From an uncultured Bifidobacteriaceae bacterium (GTDB lineage Bacteria; Acidobacteriota; Vicinamibacteria; Vicinamibacterales; JAENWD01): a stretch of 64,000 bases of DNA. Positions 9,406 through 18,781 of the stretch are shown one piece after another. Within the stretch, counting starts at the first letter, position 1. Every line of letters starts with the position of its first letter. The position numbers were made by a program, and so were the translations under genes. The notes beneath the pieces were generated by a model. That model did no database searches. It saw only the letters and a list, made by a program, of their open reading frames with translations, and was not told where the DNA came from. The stretch is from contig CAYUPN010000002.1 in assembly GCA_964446605.1 (NCBI GenBank), forward strand, positions 38,788 through 102,787, given 5' to 3'.

Positions 9406-9421
9406 AGCAAGCCTTATACCA
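9406..9421 (-). promoter_or_regulatory. Putative sigma-54 promoter for the TPR/lipoprotein pair
   Basis: TGGTATAAGGCTTGCT, GG-N10-GC. Confidence 0.6.
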
Positions 9422-9548
9422 CGCCACGACGGTTCTGAACGCGCGCAATCCTGCAGGATCCGACGCATCGACGGCCGCGCTGTTTGTTTCGGGAGACGTA
9501 ACCGCTCTACAATACGTCCTGCATGGAGGTCGGGCGGGAGAAAGTCCC

Positions 9549-10604
9549 GTGGACCTCGTCGATCTCGTCGCGCTGACGTTTGCTCCTGCCGCACGCAGCC
9601 GCCTCGTCCAGGCGGTGGACTTCGCCGAACAGACCAGCCTCCCTCTCGAGAGCGCCCTCGAATATCTGACGTTCACCCGCGCGCCGGGGCCGTTGCGCGA
9701 GGCCGCCGACCGCGCGCTCCGCCGCGCGGCGCGGGCCGGGCTGCAGCCGCTGCCGCGCGACAGCCCGTCGTATCCGCCGCGTCTCCGCGAATTGCCGGAC
9801 CATCCGCTCGTGCTCTGGATCGACGGCGACGTGTCCGTCCTCCGCCGCCAGCTGGTCGCCGTGGTGGGGTCGCGCCGCGCCTCCCAACTGGCGCTCGACG
9901 TCGCCCGGCGGCTGGCGTCGGACCTGGCCGCCGTCGGCCTGGGGGTCGTTTCCGGGCTCGCGCGGGGCTGCGACGGCGCCGCGCACCGGGGCGCGCTCGA
10001 CGGGGGAGGCGTCACGGTCGGCGTGCTCGGCTCGGGCGCCGACGTGATCTACCCGCCCGAACACGACGCGCTGGCGGCCGCCATCGTCCGCGGCGGCGGC
10101 GCGGTGGTGAGCGAGCTGGCGCCGGGGACGCCGCCGCTGCCGATGCACTTCCCGCTGCGCAACCGGATCATCAGCGGGCTGTCGCGCGGCGTGGTGGTGA
10201 TCGAGGCCGGTGCCCGCAGCGGATCGCTGATCACGGCCTCGTGCGCGGCGGACCAGGGGCGCGAGGTGATGGTGGTGCCCGGCTCCGTGCTGGCCGGACG
10301 CAACCGGGGCGGACACCAGCTCATCAGGGACGGCGCCGCGCTCGTCGAGACGGGCGAGGACGTGCTCGCGGTGCTGGTGGGAGCTCAGCCCGGTGGCGTA
10401 CCGGGACCGGAGAGCAGTGACGACCAGCCCACGGGCGATCCGGTGCTGGACGTGCTCGCCGTCGACGACCCGCTCGACCTCGACCGGATCTGCGCGCTGA
10501 CGGAGCTGCCGGCTCCCCGGGTGCTCGCATCGCTGGCCGCCCTCGAGATGGCCGGACGCGTCCGGCGTCAAGCCGGCGGGCGGTTCGTCAGGACGGGCAG
10601 ATAG
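9549..10604 (+). CDS. dprA: DNA-processing protein DprA
   Basis: VAVVGSR, VSGLARGCD, AHRGAL, FPLRNRIISGLS, SGSLITA; start uncertain. Confidence 0.93.
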   Translation: MDLVDLVALTFAPAARSRLVQAVDFAEQTSLPLESALEYLTFTRAPGPLREAADRALRRAARAGLQPLPRDSPSYPPRLRELPDHPLVLWIDGDVSVLRRQLVAVVGSRRASQLALDVARRLASDLAAVGLGVVSGLARGCDGAAHRGALDGGGVTVGVLGSGADVIYPPEHDALAAAIVRGGGAVVSELAPGTPPLPMHFPLRNRIISGLSRGVVVIEAGARSGSLITASCAADQGREVMVVPGSVLAGRNRGGHQLIRDGAALVETGEDVLAVLVGAQPGGVPGPESSDDQPTGDPVLDVLAVDDPLDLDRICALTELPAPRVLASLAALEMAGRVRRQAGGRFVRTGR

Positions 10605-10800
10605 AGGCCGATCCGGGCGGGACCGGAAGGGCCGGGCCTGGCCCGCGGCCCCCCGGGTACGGGGTGCCAGTCCGGGTGGAAACGGCCGAGAAGATCGGGA
10701 ACCCGGCCGCTGGCAGGAGGAACCCGCGCCGGCGGGATGGTGTAACGTAGCTTTCGGCCCCAGCCGCCGGTCCGGTTCGCTGGGCCGGCCAGAAGTCTTT

Positions 10801-13494
10801 ATGGCTAAACCACTTGTCATCGTCGAGTCGCCAGCCAAGGCACGCACGCTGGAACGCTTCCTGGGCGACCGGTACGCCGTCATGGCGTCCGTGGGCCACG
10901 TCCGCGATCTACCCGAATCGGCGGCTGAAATCCCCGAGCGCTTCAAGAAGGAACCCTGGGCGCGCATGGGAGTGGATACGCAGGGCGACTTCACGCCGAT
11001 CTACGTCATTCCGTCGGACAAGAAGGCGAACGTCGCCAGATTGAAGTCGGCGCTGAAGGACGCGTCCGAGGTCCTGCTGGCCACCGACCCGGACCGCGAG
11101 GGGGAGTCAATCAGCTGGCACCTCAAGGAGGTGCTGAAGCCGAAGATCCCGGTGCGCCGCATCGAGTTCCACGAGATCACCGAGGAAGCGGTCAACCGGG
11201 CCATCGAGAACGCCCGCGACATCAACCAGAGTCTCGTGCGTGCCCAGGAGAGCCGGCGGATCGTCGACCGCCTGTACGGCTACTCCCTTTCGCCGGTGCT
11301 CTGGAAGAAGGTGCAGTCGAAGCTGAGTGCCGGGCGGGTGCAGAGCGTCGCCGTCCGCCTGCTGGTCGAGCGCGAGGAGGCCCGCCGCGCGTTCCGCGCG
11401 AGCGTGTACTGGGACCTCGAGGCGCGGCTGGCGGGCGAAGGGAAGGAGTTTGCCGCGACGCTCGTCCGGCTGGGCGACGAGCGCATCGCCACCGGCAAGG
11501 ACTTCGATCCGGCAACCGGCGCCCTGCGCGCCAGGGGCGTGCGGCATCTGTCCGACGCCGACGCCGCGGAGCTGGCGCGGGTGGTGGAAGGCCGGCTCCC
11601 GTGGGACGTCACCGCCGTCGAGGAGAAGCCGGGCGTCGAACGGCCCGCGCCCCCCTTCACGACCTCGACGCTGACCCAGGAGGCCAGCCGCAAGCTCGGG
11701 TTCTCCACCGCCCGGACCATGCAGATCGCGCAGCGGCTGTTCCAGGGGGTCGAGATCGGCAACGGCGAGATCGAGGGGCTCATCACCTATCACCGCACCG
11801 ACTCGACGACGCTGAGCGAGAAGGCGCTGAACGAGTCGGCGCGCGTGATCCGCGACCTGTTCGGGCCCGAGTACTACCAGGGGCCGCGCCGCTATCAGAC
11901 GAAGGTCAAGAACGCGCAGGAGGCGCACGAGGCGATTCGCCCGACCGACTTCCGGCTCTCGCCGCAGCGGCTCGCCGGCATGCTCGACCCCGACGACCTG
12001 CGGCTCTACGAGCTCATCTGGAAGCGCACGATGGCCTCGCAGATGCCGGACGCCCGCGTGCGCAAGACCACCGTCGAGATCACGGCGGACGCAGGGGACG
12101 GCCGGAAGGCGATCTTCACCGCGTCCGGCAAGGCCATCGAGTTCGCCGGGTTCCGTCGCGCATACGTGGAAGGCAGCGACGACCCGCAGGCCGATCTCGA
12201 GGATCAGGAGACAATCCTGCCGGCGATGCGCGTCGGCGACCGGATCGCGCGCGACGGCGCGCCGCTGGTGCTGCGGGGCGTGGAGCCGAAGCGCCACGAA
12301 ACCCAGCCGCCGGCGCGGTACACGGAAGCCTCGCTGATCAAGGAGCTCGAGGCGGCCGGCATCGGACGCCCGTCGACCTACGCGTCGATCATCGCGACGA
12401 TCCAGAACCGCGGCTACGTCTTCCGGCAGGGGCGCGCGCTCGTGCCGTCGTTCACCGCCTTCGCGGTCACCCAGCTGCTGCGGCGGCATTTCACCGACTA
12501 CGTCGACGTCGGGTTCACGGCGGAGATGGAGGAGGTGCTCGACGCCATCAGCAACGGCGAGCGCGACTGGCTGGAGTTCGTGCGGACGTTCTACCGCGGC
12601 GACGGCCGGCATGTCGGGCTCGAGGCGCTGATCGAGCAGAAGCAGAGCGAGATCGACTACCCGGCCATCGACGTCGGCGTCGACCCGAAGACGGGCGACT
12701 GGATCCGCGTGCGCATCGGCCGGTACGGGCCGTTCCTGCAGCGCGGCGAGGGGGGCGAAGGGAATACCGCGTCGCTGCCCGACGATCTGCCGCCGGCCGA
12801 TCTCACGCTCGACGTCGCGCTGCAGCTGCTGGAAGCGAAGGCGCAGGGCCCGAAGAAGCTCGGGGACGATCCCGCCACCGGCCTTCCGGTCTACGTCATC
12901 GTCGGACGGTTCGGCGCGTACGTGCAGCTGGGCGAGACGCCGGAGAAGGGCAGCAAGGAGAAGCCGCGACGGGCGTCGCTCATGCCCGGCATGAGCGAGA
13001 AGACGATCACGCTGGAGCAGGCGCTCCAGCTGCTCTCGCTGCCGCGCGAGCTCGGCACGCATCCCGAGACGAAGCAGCCGATCCTCGCGGGCCAGGGGCG
13101 GTTCGGCCCGTACGTCAAGCACGGCGACGAGTTCCGCTCGCTGGACGAGGGAGACGACGTCTTCACGATCGATCTCGGGCGGGCGCTGGAGCTGCTCGCC
13201 GCGCCGAAGAAGTCGCGCCGCCGCCCGGCTGCGGCGAAGACGGTGCTGCGCGCGCTCGGCAACCACCCGCAGTCCGGCGCGCCGGTGAACGTGCTGGCGG
13301 GCCGCTACGGGCCGTACGTCACCGACGGCACGACGAATGCGTCGCTGCCGAAGAACCAGGATCCCGAGCAGGTCACGCTCGAGCAGGCGGTGGAGCTGCT
13401 CGCGTCCCGTGCCGGCGCCCCGAAGCGGACCACGCGGAAGCGCGCCGCGCCGGCCGGCGCCCGCAAGACGACGCGCAAGCGCGCGACGGCATAG
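10801..13494 (+). CDS. topA: DNA topoisomerase I with Toprim_C-type C-terminal repeats
   Basis: [31 protein letters not shown]; four GR(F/Y)G(P/A)(Y/F) repeats and a basic tail. Confidence 0.97.
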   Translation: MAKPLVIVESPAKARTLERFLGDRYAVMASVGHVRDLPESAAEIPERFKKEPWARMGVDTQGDFTPIYVIPSDKKANVARLKSALKDASEVLLATDPDREGESISWHLKEVLKPKIPVRRIEFHEITEEAVNRAIENARDINQSLVRAQESRRIVDRLYGYSLSPVLWKKVQSKLSAGRVQSVAVRLLVEREEARRAFRASVYWDLEARLAGEGKEFAATLVRLGDERIATGKDFDPATGALRARGVRHLSDADAAELARVVEGRLPWDVTAVEEKPGVERPAPPFTTSTLTQEASRKLGFSTARTMQIAQRLFQGVEIGNGEIEGLITYHRTDSTTLSEKALNESARVIRDLFGPEYYQGPRRYQTKVKNAQEAHEAIRPTDFRLSPQRLAGMLDPDDLRLYELIWKRTMASQMPDARVRKTTVEITADAGDGRKAIFTASGKAIEFAGFRRAYVEGSDDPQADLEDQETILPAMRVGDRIARDGAPLVLRGVEPKRHETQPPARYTEASLIKELEAAGIGRPSTYASIIATIQNRGYVFRQGRALVPSFTAFAVTQLLRRHFTDYVDVGFTAEMEEVLDAISNGERDWLEFVRTFYRGDGRHVGLEALIEQKQSEIDYPAIDVGVDPKTGDWIRVRIGRYGPFLQRGEGGEGNTASLPDDLPPADLTLDVALQLLEAKAQGPKKLGDDPATGLPVYVIVGRFGAYVQLGETPEKGSKEKPRRASLMPGMSEKTITLEQALQLLSLPRELGTHPETKQPILAGQGRFGPYVKHGDEFRSLDEGDDVFTIDLGRALELLAAPKKSRRRPAAAKTVLRALGNHPQSGAPVNVLAGRYGPYVTDGTTNASLPKNQDPEQVTLEQAVELLASRAGAPKRTTRKRAAPAGARKTTRKRATA

Positions 13495-13540
13495 AAGTAA
13501 AGAGAAGGATGTGGCCGGGACTCCGGTCCCGCATGGAGAG

Positions 13541-15196
13541 ATGATTCGAATCATCGGCGGTGGTCTCGCCGGCTCCGAGGCCGCCTGGCAGGCGGCCTCG
13601 CGAGGCGTGCCGGTCACGCTCTACGAGATGCGCCCCGTCCGTCCGACGGCCGTCCACAAGACGGATGGGCTCGCCGAGCTGGTCTGCAGCAACTCCTTCC
13701 GCGGCGACAAGCTCGACAACGCGGTCGGGCTGCTCAAGGAGGAGATGCGCCGGCTCGGATCGGTGGTGATGTGGGCGGCCGATCGTGCGCGCGTGCCGGC
13801 AGGCGCCGCGCTCGCCGTCGACCGCGAACGCTTCTCGCAGCTCGTCACCGACGCGATCGCCTCGCACCCGCTGATCACCGTCGTCCGGCAGGAGATCGAC
13901 CGCATTCCCGAGCCGGACGGGCGCGGCCCCTGGATCATCGCCACGGGCCCGCTGACCTCCGACGCGCTCTCCGCCGACATCGTCCGGTTCGTCGGCGCGG
14001 AGCACCTGTCGTTCTACGACGCGATCAGCCCGATCGTGCTCGCCGAGACAATCGACCGATCGAAGGTGTTCCGGCAGAGCCGCTGGGATCGCAGCCTGCA
14101 CGGCGCCGATGCGGACGATCCCCGCAGCGATCCGAAGCCGATGGGCCCCGGCAAGGTGGAGCCCGAGCCGGAGTCTCCGGGCCGGCAGAGGAAGGGCCCG
14201 GAGATCCCCGACGTGCCCCGCCGGGACGAGCCCGAGAGCCCGGCGCCGCCTCCTGACAAACCGCAGGGGCCCGGTACGCCGGAGCCCCCCGCGCGATCGC
14301 AGGCGTGCGGCGCGGACGAGGGGGACGGCGACTACCTGAACTGCCCGTTCACGAAGGACGAGTACGACCGGTTCTACGACGCACTGGTCGCCGCGGAGTC
14401 CGCGACGGTTCGCGACTTCGATCGTGCGGTCTTCTTCGAGGGCTGCCTGCCGATCGAGGTGATGGCCCACCGCGGCCGCGACACGCTGCGGTTCGGTCCG
14501 ATGAAGCCGGTCGGATTGATCGATCCGCGCACCGGCCGGCAGCCGTACGCGGTCGTGCAGCTGCGGCAGGACAACCTCGCGGGGGACCACTGGAGCCTGG
14601 TCGGCTTCCAGACACAGCTCAAGTGGGGTGAGCAGGCGCGCGTGCTGCGGATGATCCCCGGGCTCGAGAACGCCGAGTTCGTGCGTTTCGGGATGGTGCA
14701 CCGCAATACGTACATCAACGGGCCGACGGTGCTGCTGCCGACCTGGCAGACGAAGGCCCGACCCGATCTGTTCTTCGCGGGTCAGGTGAGCGGCGTGGAA
14801 GGCTACGTCGAGTCGGCCGCGTCCGGCCTGCTCGCCGGGATGTTCGCGGTCGACGTGTTGCGTGGCGTCCGGCCGGAACCGCTGCCCCGTACGACGGCAA
14901 TCGGCGCGCTGGCCTTCTACGTCTCGCACGCGGACGCCAGGCACTATCAGCCGACGAACATCACGTTCGGCATCATGGCGCCGTTCGATCAGGGGCCAGG
15001 GGTCAGGGGCCAGGGGCCAGGGACCAGGGGGCAGGGGCCAGGGGGCAGGGGCCAGCGGCGAGGGCGGTCGCTCAAGGGAGCCGATCGCAAGCGCGCGCTG
15101 TCGGATCGCGCGCTCGAAAATTTGGCACAGTGGCTGCGGGGGCGCGAGGTCGCGCCGCAGCCGGGCGCCGGCTCGCATGCAGGAGCCCGCGCGTGA
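13541..15196 (+). CDS. trmFO: FAD-dependent tRNA (uracil-54) methyltransferase with two low-complexity inserts
   Basis: [55 protein letters not shown]. Confidence 0.95.
   Translation: MIRIIGGGLAGSEAAWQAASRGVPVTLYEMRPVRPTAVHKTDGLAELVCSNSFRGDKLDNAVGLLKEEMRRLGSVVMWAADRARVPAGAALAVDRERFSQLVTDAIASHPLITVVRQEIDRIPEPDGRGPWIIATGPLTSDALSADIVRFVGAEHLSFYDAISPIVLAETIDRSKVFRQSRWDRSLHGADADDPRSDPKPMGPGKVEPEPESPGRQRKGPEIPDVPRRDEPESPAPPPDKPQGPGTPEPPARSQACGADEGDGDYLNCPFTKDEYDRFYDALVAAESATVRDFDRAVFFEGCLPIEVMAHRGRDTLRFGPMKPVGLIDPRTGRQPYAVVQLRQDNLAGDHWSLVGFQTQLKWGEQARVLRMIPGLENAEFVRFGMVHRNTYINGPTVLLPTWQTKARPDLFFAGQVSGVEGYVESAASGLLAGMFAVDVLRGVRPEPLPRTTAIGALAFYVSHADARHYQPTNITFGIMAPFDQGPGVRGQGPGTRGQGPGGRGQRRGRSLKGADRKRALSDRALENLAQWLRGREVAPQPGAGSHAGARA
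14990..15052 (+). repeat. Nine tandem CAGGGRN heptamers in frame within trmFO
   Basis: CAGGGGC/CAGGGGT/CAGGGAC/CAGGGGG x9 = 63 bp = 21 codons. Confidence 0.95.
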
Positions 15197-16278
15197 AGAG
15201 TCGCAGCGGCCGGCCGTCGCGCGGCGTTCGCCCCGGCCGGCACCCAGCGGCCGCGCGGGGCCGAACGCGCTTCTCACGCACTGCCGCATCCGAAGACGAC
15301 GGGTCCCTGAGGGGTTACATCCGCGAGTTCATCGAGTTCCTGCGCTTCAACAGGAACGCCTCCGAGCACACCGCACGCGCCTACGAATCCGATCTCGATC
15401 AGTTCCTCACCGTCGTCGCGGCGGCGCAGGGCCGCCCCCGGCCGTCGCTCGGCCCCGCCGACTTCTCACCGGACAACGTGCGCCTGTTTCTCGGCGCGCT
15501 GTTCCGCGAGGGGCTGTCGCGCGCGTCGGCCGCCCGCAAGCTGGCGGCCGTGCGGACCTTCGCGCGCTGGCTGCGGCGCGAGGGCATCGTCGAGGAGGAC
15601 CCGTCGGCGATGGCCGGCACGCCTCGGCGCGAGCAGAAGCTGCCGGTGCATCTGACCATCGAGGAGATGTCGAAGCTTCTCGAGACACCGGATCGGACGA
15701 CGTCGCTCGGACGCCGCGACGCGGCGATTCTCGAACTGTTCTACGCGTCCGGCCTGCGCCTCGCCGAGCTGGTCGGCCTCGATCTCGACGATCTCAACCT
15801 GTCGGCGCGGATGGTGCGGGTGCTCGGGAAGGGACGCAAGCAGCGGCTCGTGCCCGTGACGGCGACCGCGGCGGAGGCGATTCGCGTCTATCTGCGCGAC
15901 CGGGAGGCGATCCTCCGGGGCGAGCTGCTGCACGCGGGCGTGGACGAGGACCTCCCGGGTGGACGCGGACGCCGCGCGCCGGGCCGCGGAGAGCACCCGC
16001 TGTTCCTGAACTACCGCGGCGAGCGGCTCGGGCCGCGCAGCGTGCACCGGCTGGTGAAGAAGTACGTCGCGCTCTGCAGCGCGCGCTACGGCATCTCGCC
16101 GCACGCGCTGCGGCATTCGTTCGCCACGCACCTGCTGCAGCAGGGAGCCGACATCCGCGGCATCCAGGAGCTGCTCGGACATGCGCAGCTCAGCACCACC
16201 CAGCGCTACACCCACCTCGATGCGGCACACCTGATCGCGGTGTACCGGCAGGCGCACCCGCGGGCACGGAAGAGTTGA
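15193..16278 (+). CDS. xerC: Tyrosine recombinase XerC
   Basis: [46 protein letters not shown] overlap with trmFO. Confidence 0.9.
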   Translation: MKSRSGRPSRGVRPGRHPAAARGRTRFSRTAASEDDGSLRGYIREFIEFLRFNRNASEHTARAYESDLDQFLTVVAAAQGRPRPSLGPADFSPDNVRLFLGALFREGLSRASAARKLAAVRTFARWLRREGIVEEDPSAMAGTPRREQKLPVHLTIEEMSKLLETPDRTTSLGRRDAAILELFYASGLRLAELVGLDLDDLNLSARMVRVLGKGRKQRLVPVTATAAEAIRVYLRDREAILRGELLHAGVDEDLPGGRGRRAPGRGEHPLFLNYRGERLGPRSVHRLVKKYVALCSARYGISPHALRHSFATHLLQQGADIRGIQELLGHAQLSTTQRYTHLDAAHLIAVYRQAHPRARKS

Positions 16279-16288
16279 GCTCCGGGCT

Positions 16289-16346
16289 GACCTGATCCCC
16301 CGATCAGACCTGATTCGACCAGATCAGACCCGATCCGATTTGATCC
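16289..16346 (+). repeat. Degenerate GACCY-GATCM decamer array 1
   Basis: GACCT GATCC..GATCA GACCT GATTC GACCA GATCA GACCC GATCC. Confidence 0.85.
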
Positions 16347-16768
16347 CGCCTGTCACGTCTGCGGATGAGCGCCAGGGCGAGCAAGACACCGGCGAGAACG
16401 GATGCGAGGACGCCCAGCCACACGCCCGGCGCGACGATGGTCACGAGCGCGCAGAGCACCAGCAGGCTGAGGCCGCCGACTCCGGACACGGGGGTTCCTG
16501 TCAGATTGATGTCGCGCGGGCGGAGCAGCAGCCGGCGTGCCCGCACCACGGCGTCGGCCGGCTGGAGATCCACGAGGCGCAGCGGACGGATCTCCACCGT
16601 CGGTTCGAGCGACGCGGCGGCGATGGCGGCCAGCACCTGCCACCAGAGCCAGGCGCGTGACTGCCGGCGCTCGAACTCCTCGACGAGATCGCCGGCGAGC
16701 TCCTCACGGTCCGGGCCGAAACGCTCGAGCAGCGTGAGGGCGAGTCGTGGAACCCGGGGGCGCGTCAT
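16304..16768 (-). CDS. Small membrane protein with permease-prefix-like domain
   Basis: LAGDLVEEF...WLWWQ motif plus two TM helices; ATGA overlap with padR. Confidence 0.7.
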   Translation of the reverse strand: MTRPRVPRLALTLLERFGPDREELAGDLVEEFERRQSRAWLWWQVLAAIAAASLEPTVEIRPLRLVDLQPADAVVRARRLLLRPRDINLTGTPVSGVGGLSLLVLCALVTIVAPGVWLGVLASVLAGVLLALALIRRRDRRDQIGSGLIWSNQV

Positions 16769-17097
16769 GTGAGTCCCTCCTGCAGCTGGGGCACGCCGTG
16801 CCACAGCGCCGTCAGCGCCTGCCGGGTGTCCCGGATTGCCCGCACGCCGCGCGGCGTGACCCTGAAGAAACGCTTCGCGCGCCCGCCGCGCTCCGGTGTC
16901 GGATCGCCGATCCGCGAGGAGACGAGCCCCTTGCGCTCGAGCCGATCGAGTGCGGCGTAGGCCGCGCCCAGGAGCACGCGCCGGCCGCCGGTCGCCTCGA
17001 TTTCCCGGGCGATCGGCACGCCGTACGCCTCGTCGCCGATGCGCAGGATCGCCAGGAGAATCATCAGTTCGAAGTCGGTCAGGAGCAGCGGCCGCAT
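16765..17097 (-). CDS. PadR-family transcriptional regulator
   Basis: LLAIL..AYGVPI..GAAYAALDRLERKGLV..GGRAKRFFRVT. Confidence 0.92.
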   Translation of the reverse strand: MRPLLLTDFELMILLAILRIGDEAYGVPIAREIEATGGRRVLLGAAYAALDRLERKGLVSSRIGDPTPERGGRAKRFFRVTPRGVRAIRDTRQALTALWHGVPQLQEGLT

Positions 17098-17100
17098 ATT

Positions 17101-17136
17101 TTCATCAAATATGAATTAAATCCCCGGCCGCGTCAA
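17101..17136 (-). promoter_or_regulatory. padR promoter with overlapping palindromic operator
   Basis: TTGACG-N17-CATATT; TTCAT-N5-ATGAA (17101-17115) over the -10. Confidence 0.55.
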
Positions 17137-17221
17137 GCTGAACAGGGCGGCGAAGGGGACCTGCCCCTGCGATTTGACGGAACGTCCCCGAAGCTCGACG
17201 ATCGTCACGACGAGCCCCGAC

Positions 17222-18733
17222 ATGCAGCCCGGGATCCGCACCGCCCTTCGGCCGCCGGCGGCGGCCAGCCGCCAGCAGGCCGACGTGTTCTTCCGGACGA
17301 CGGCCGCGCCGCTCGTCCGCGGGAATGCGGTCCGGGTGCTGCTGGACGCCGAGGAGAACTATCCCGCCTGGCTCGACGCGATCCGCTCGGCGCGCGACAC
17401 GATCCACCTCGAGATGTACATCGTCCACAACGACCGCGCGGGCCGGGAGTTCCGCGACGCGCTGGTCGCGAAGGCGCGCGAGGGGGTCGCGGTGCGCGTG
17501 CTCTACGACTGGTTCGGCGCGCTGCGCCCGAGCTCCTTCCGGTTCTGGCGGCCGCTCGTGGCCGCCGGCGGCGAGGTGCGGCAGGTCAACCCGCTGCGCA
17601 TCGACACGCTGGCGGCCGTCGGCAGCCGCGATCACCGCAAGCTGCTGACCGTCGACGGCCGGGTCGCGTTCATCTCGGGACTCTGCATCGGCGACGACTG
17701 GCGGGGCGATCCCGCGCGGGGCGTGCCGCCGTGGCGTGATACGGGTGTCGAGCTGCGGGGTCCCGCCGTGAGCGAGGCGGAGTACGCCTTCGCGTCCTCG
17801 TGGGCGACGTGGGGAGACGGGCTGCCGCCCGGGACCGTCCCGTCGCGCGGCGAGCTGCCGGTCGACGGCGACGTCGACGTCCGGGTGATTCCGACGTCGC
17901 CCGAGCGGACGTCGATTTATCGGCTGGAACTGGCGGCGCTCGGGTTCGCGCAGGAGCGCATCTGGCTGACCGACGCCTATTTCATGGCGACGCCGGCCTA
18001 TCTCGAGGCGCTGAACGCGGCGGCGCGTCAGGGGGTGGACGTGCGGGTGCTGCTGCCGCACAACAGCGACGTGCCCTGGGTGGCCAACGTCTCGCGGACG
18101 TTCTACCGCCGGCTCCTGGAGGCGGGTGTGCGAATCTTCGAGTGGAACGGGCCGATGCTGCACGCCAAGACGGCGGTGGCGGACGGCCGCCTGGTCCGCA
18201 TCGGGTCCACGAACCTCAATGTGTCGAGCTGGATTGGCAACTGGGAGCTCGACGTGCTTGTCGAGAACGAGCCGATCGCCGCGTTCATGGAGGAGGTCTT
18301 CCTTCGCGATCTGGCCGACTCCACCGAGATCGTCATCGACGAGCGGCAGCGCGTCCGGCTCCGCAGCGCGCAGCCGCCGCTGCCGCGCCGCTCGCCGCAC
18401 CGCCCGGGGCGCCGCCTGTCGAGAGCCGTCGGCGGCAGCGCCAATCGCGTCATCAAGGACGTCGCGCTCGCCGGCGCCGTGCTCGGGACGACCGTGCGCG
18501 GCTACCGCGTGCTCGGACCGCAGGAGGCCGGCTCGCTGGCCACCATCGCGTTCGCGGTGCTCCTCGTCGCCGCCGTCGGGCTCCTGTGGCCGAAGGTGAT
18601 CGCGTATCCGATCGCCGGTCTGGCCGGCATCATCGCGATCAGCTTCTTCGCGCGCAGCTGGAAGGCGTGGCGGAGCGGACAGAAACAGGAAACGGGGAAC
18701 GAAAAACAGGAAGGGCGACGAGCGCGGCCGTGA
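17222..18733 (+). CDS. Cardiolipin synthase / phospholipase D family with C-terminal TM helices
   Basis: Two HKD motifs (HRKLLTVD, HAKTAVAD), WRDT, GSTN; start uncertain. Confidence 0.85.
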   Translation: MQPGIRTALRPPAAASRQQADVFFRTTAAPLVRGNAVRVLLDAEENYPAWLDAIRSARDTIHLEMYIVHNDRAGREFRDALVAKAREGVAVRVLYDWFGALRPSSFRFWRPLVAAGGEVRQVNPLRIDTLAAVGSRDHRKLLTVDGRVAFISGLCIGDDWRGDPARGVPPWRDTGVELRGPAVSEAEYAFASSWATWGDGLPPGTVPSRGELPVDGDVDVRVIPTSPERTSIYRLELAALGFAQERIWLTDAYFMATPAYLEALNAAARQGVDVRVLLPHNSDVPWVANVSRTFYRRLLEAGVRIFEWNGPMLHAKTAVADGRLVRIGSTNLNVSSWIGNWELDVLVENEPIAAFMEEVFLRDLADSTEIVIDERQRVRLRSAQPPLPRRSPHRPGRRLSRAVGGSANRVIKDVALAGAVLGTTVRGYRVLGPQEAGSLATIAFAVLLVAAVGLLWPKVIAYPIAGLAGIIAISFFARSWKAWRSGQKQETGNEKQEGRRARP

Positions 18734-18781
18734 GGTCGCGGGCCGCCCTTCCCGTTTTCCGTTTCCCGTTCCCCGTTTCCC
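18682..18781. terminator. About 100-bp heptamer-armed hairpin between convergent genes
   Basis: GAAACRG-like x4 + GAAGGGCG ... CGCCCTTC + CCGTTYY x4; core CGCGGCC-GTGA-GGTCGCG. Confidence 0.65.

Noticed and set aside
10605..10800. ncRNA or riboswitch between dprA and topA
   Set aside because: Only generic GC pairing; no recognisable family motif
14085..14325. Intein or intron in trmFO
   Set aside because: No splicing motifs (no terminal His-Asn); low-complexity in-frame loop
15193..16278. Phage or island integrase
   Set aside because: Motifs and the topA-trmFO context indicate housekeeping XerC; no att sites or mobile genes
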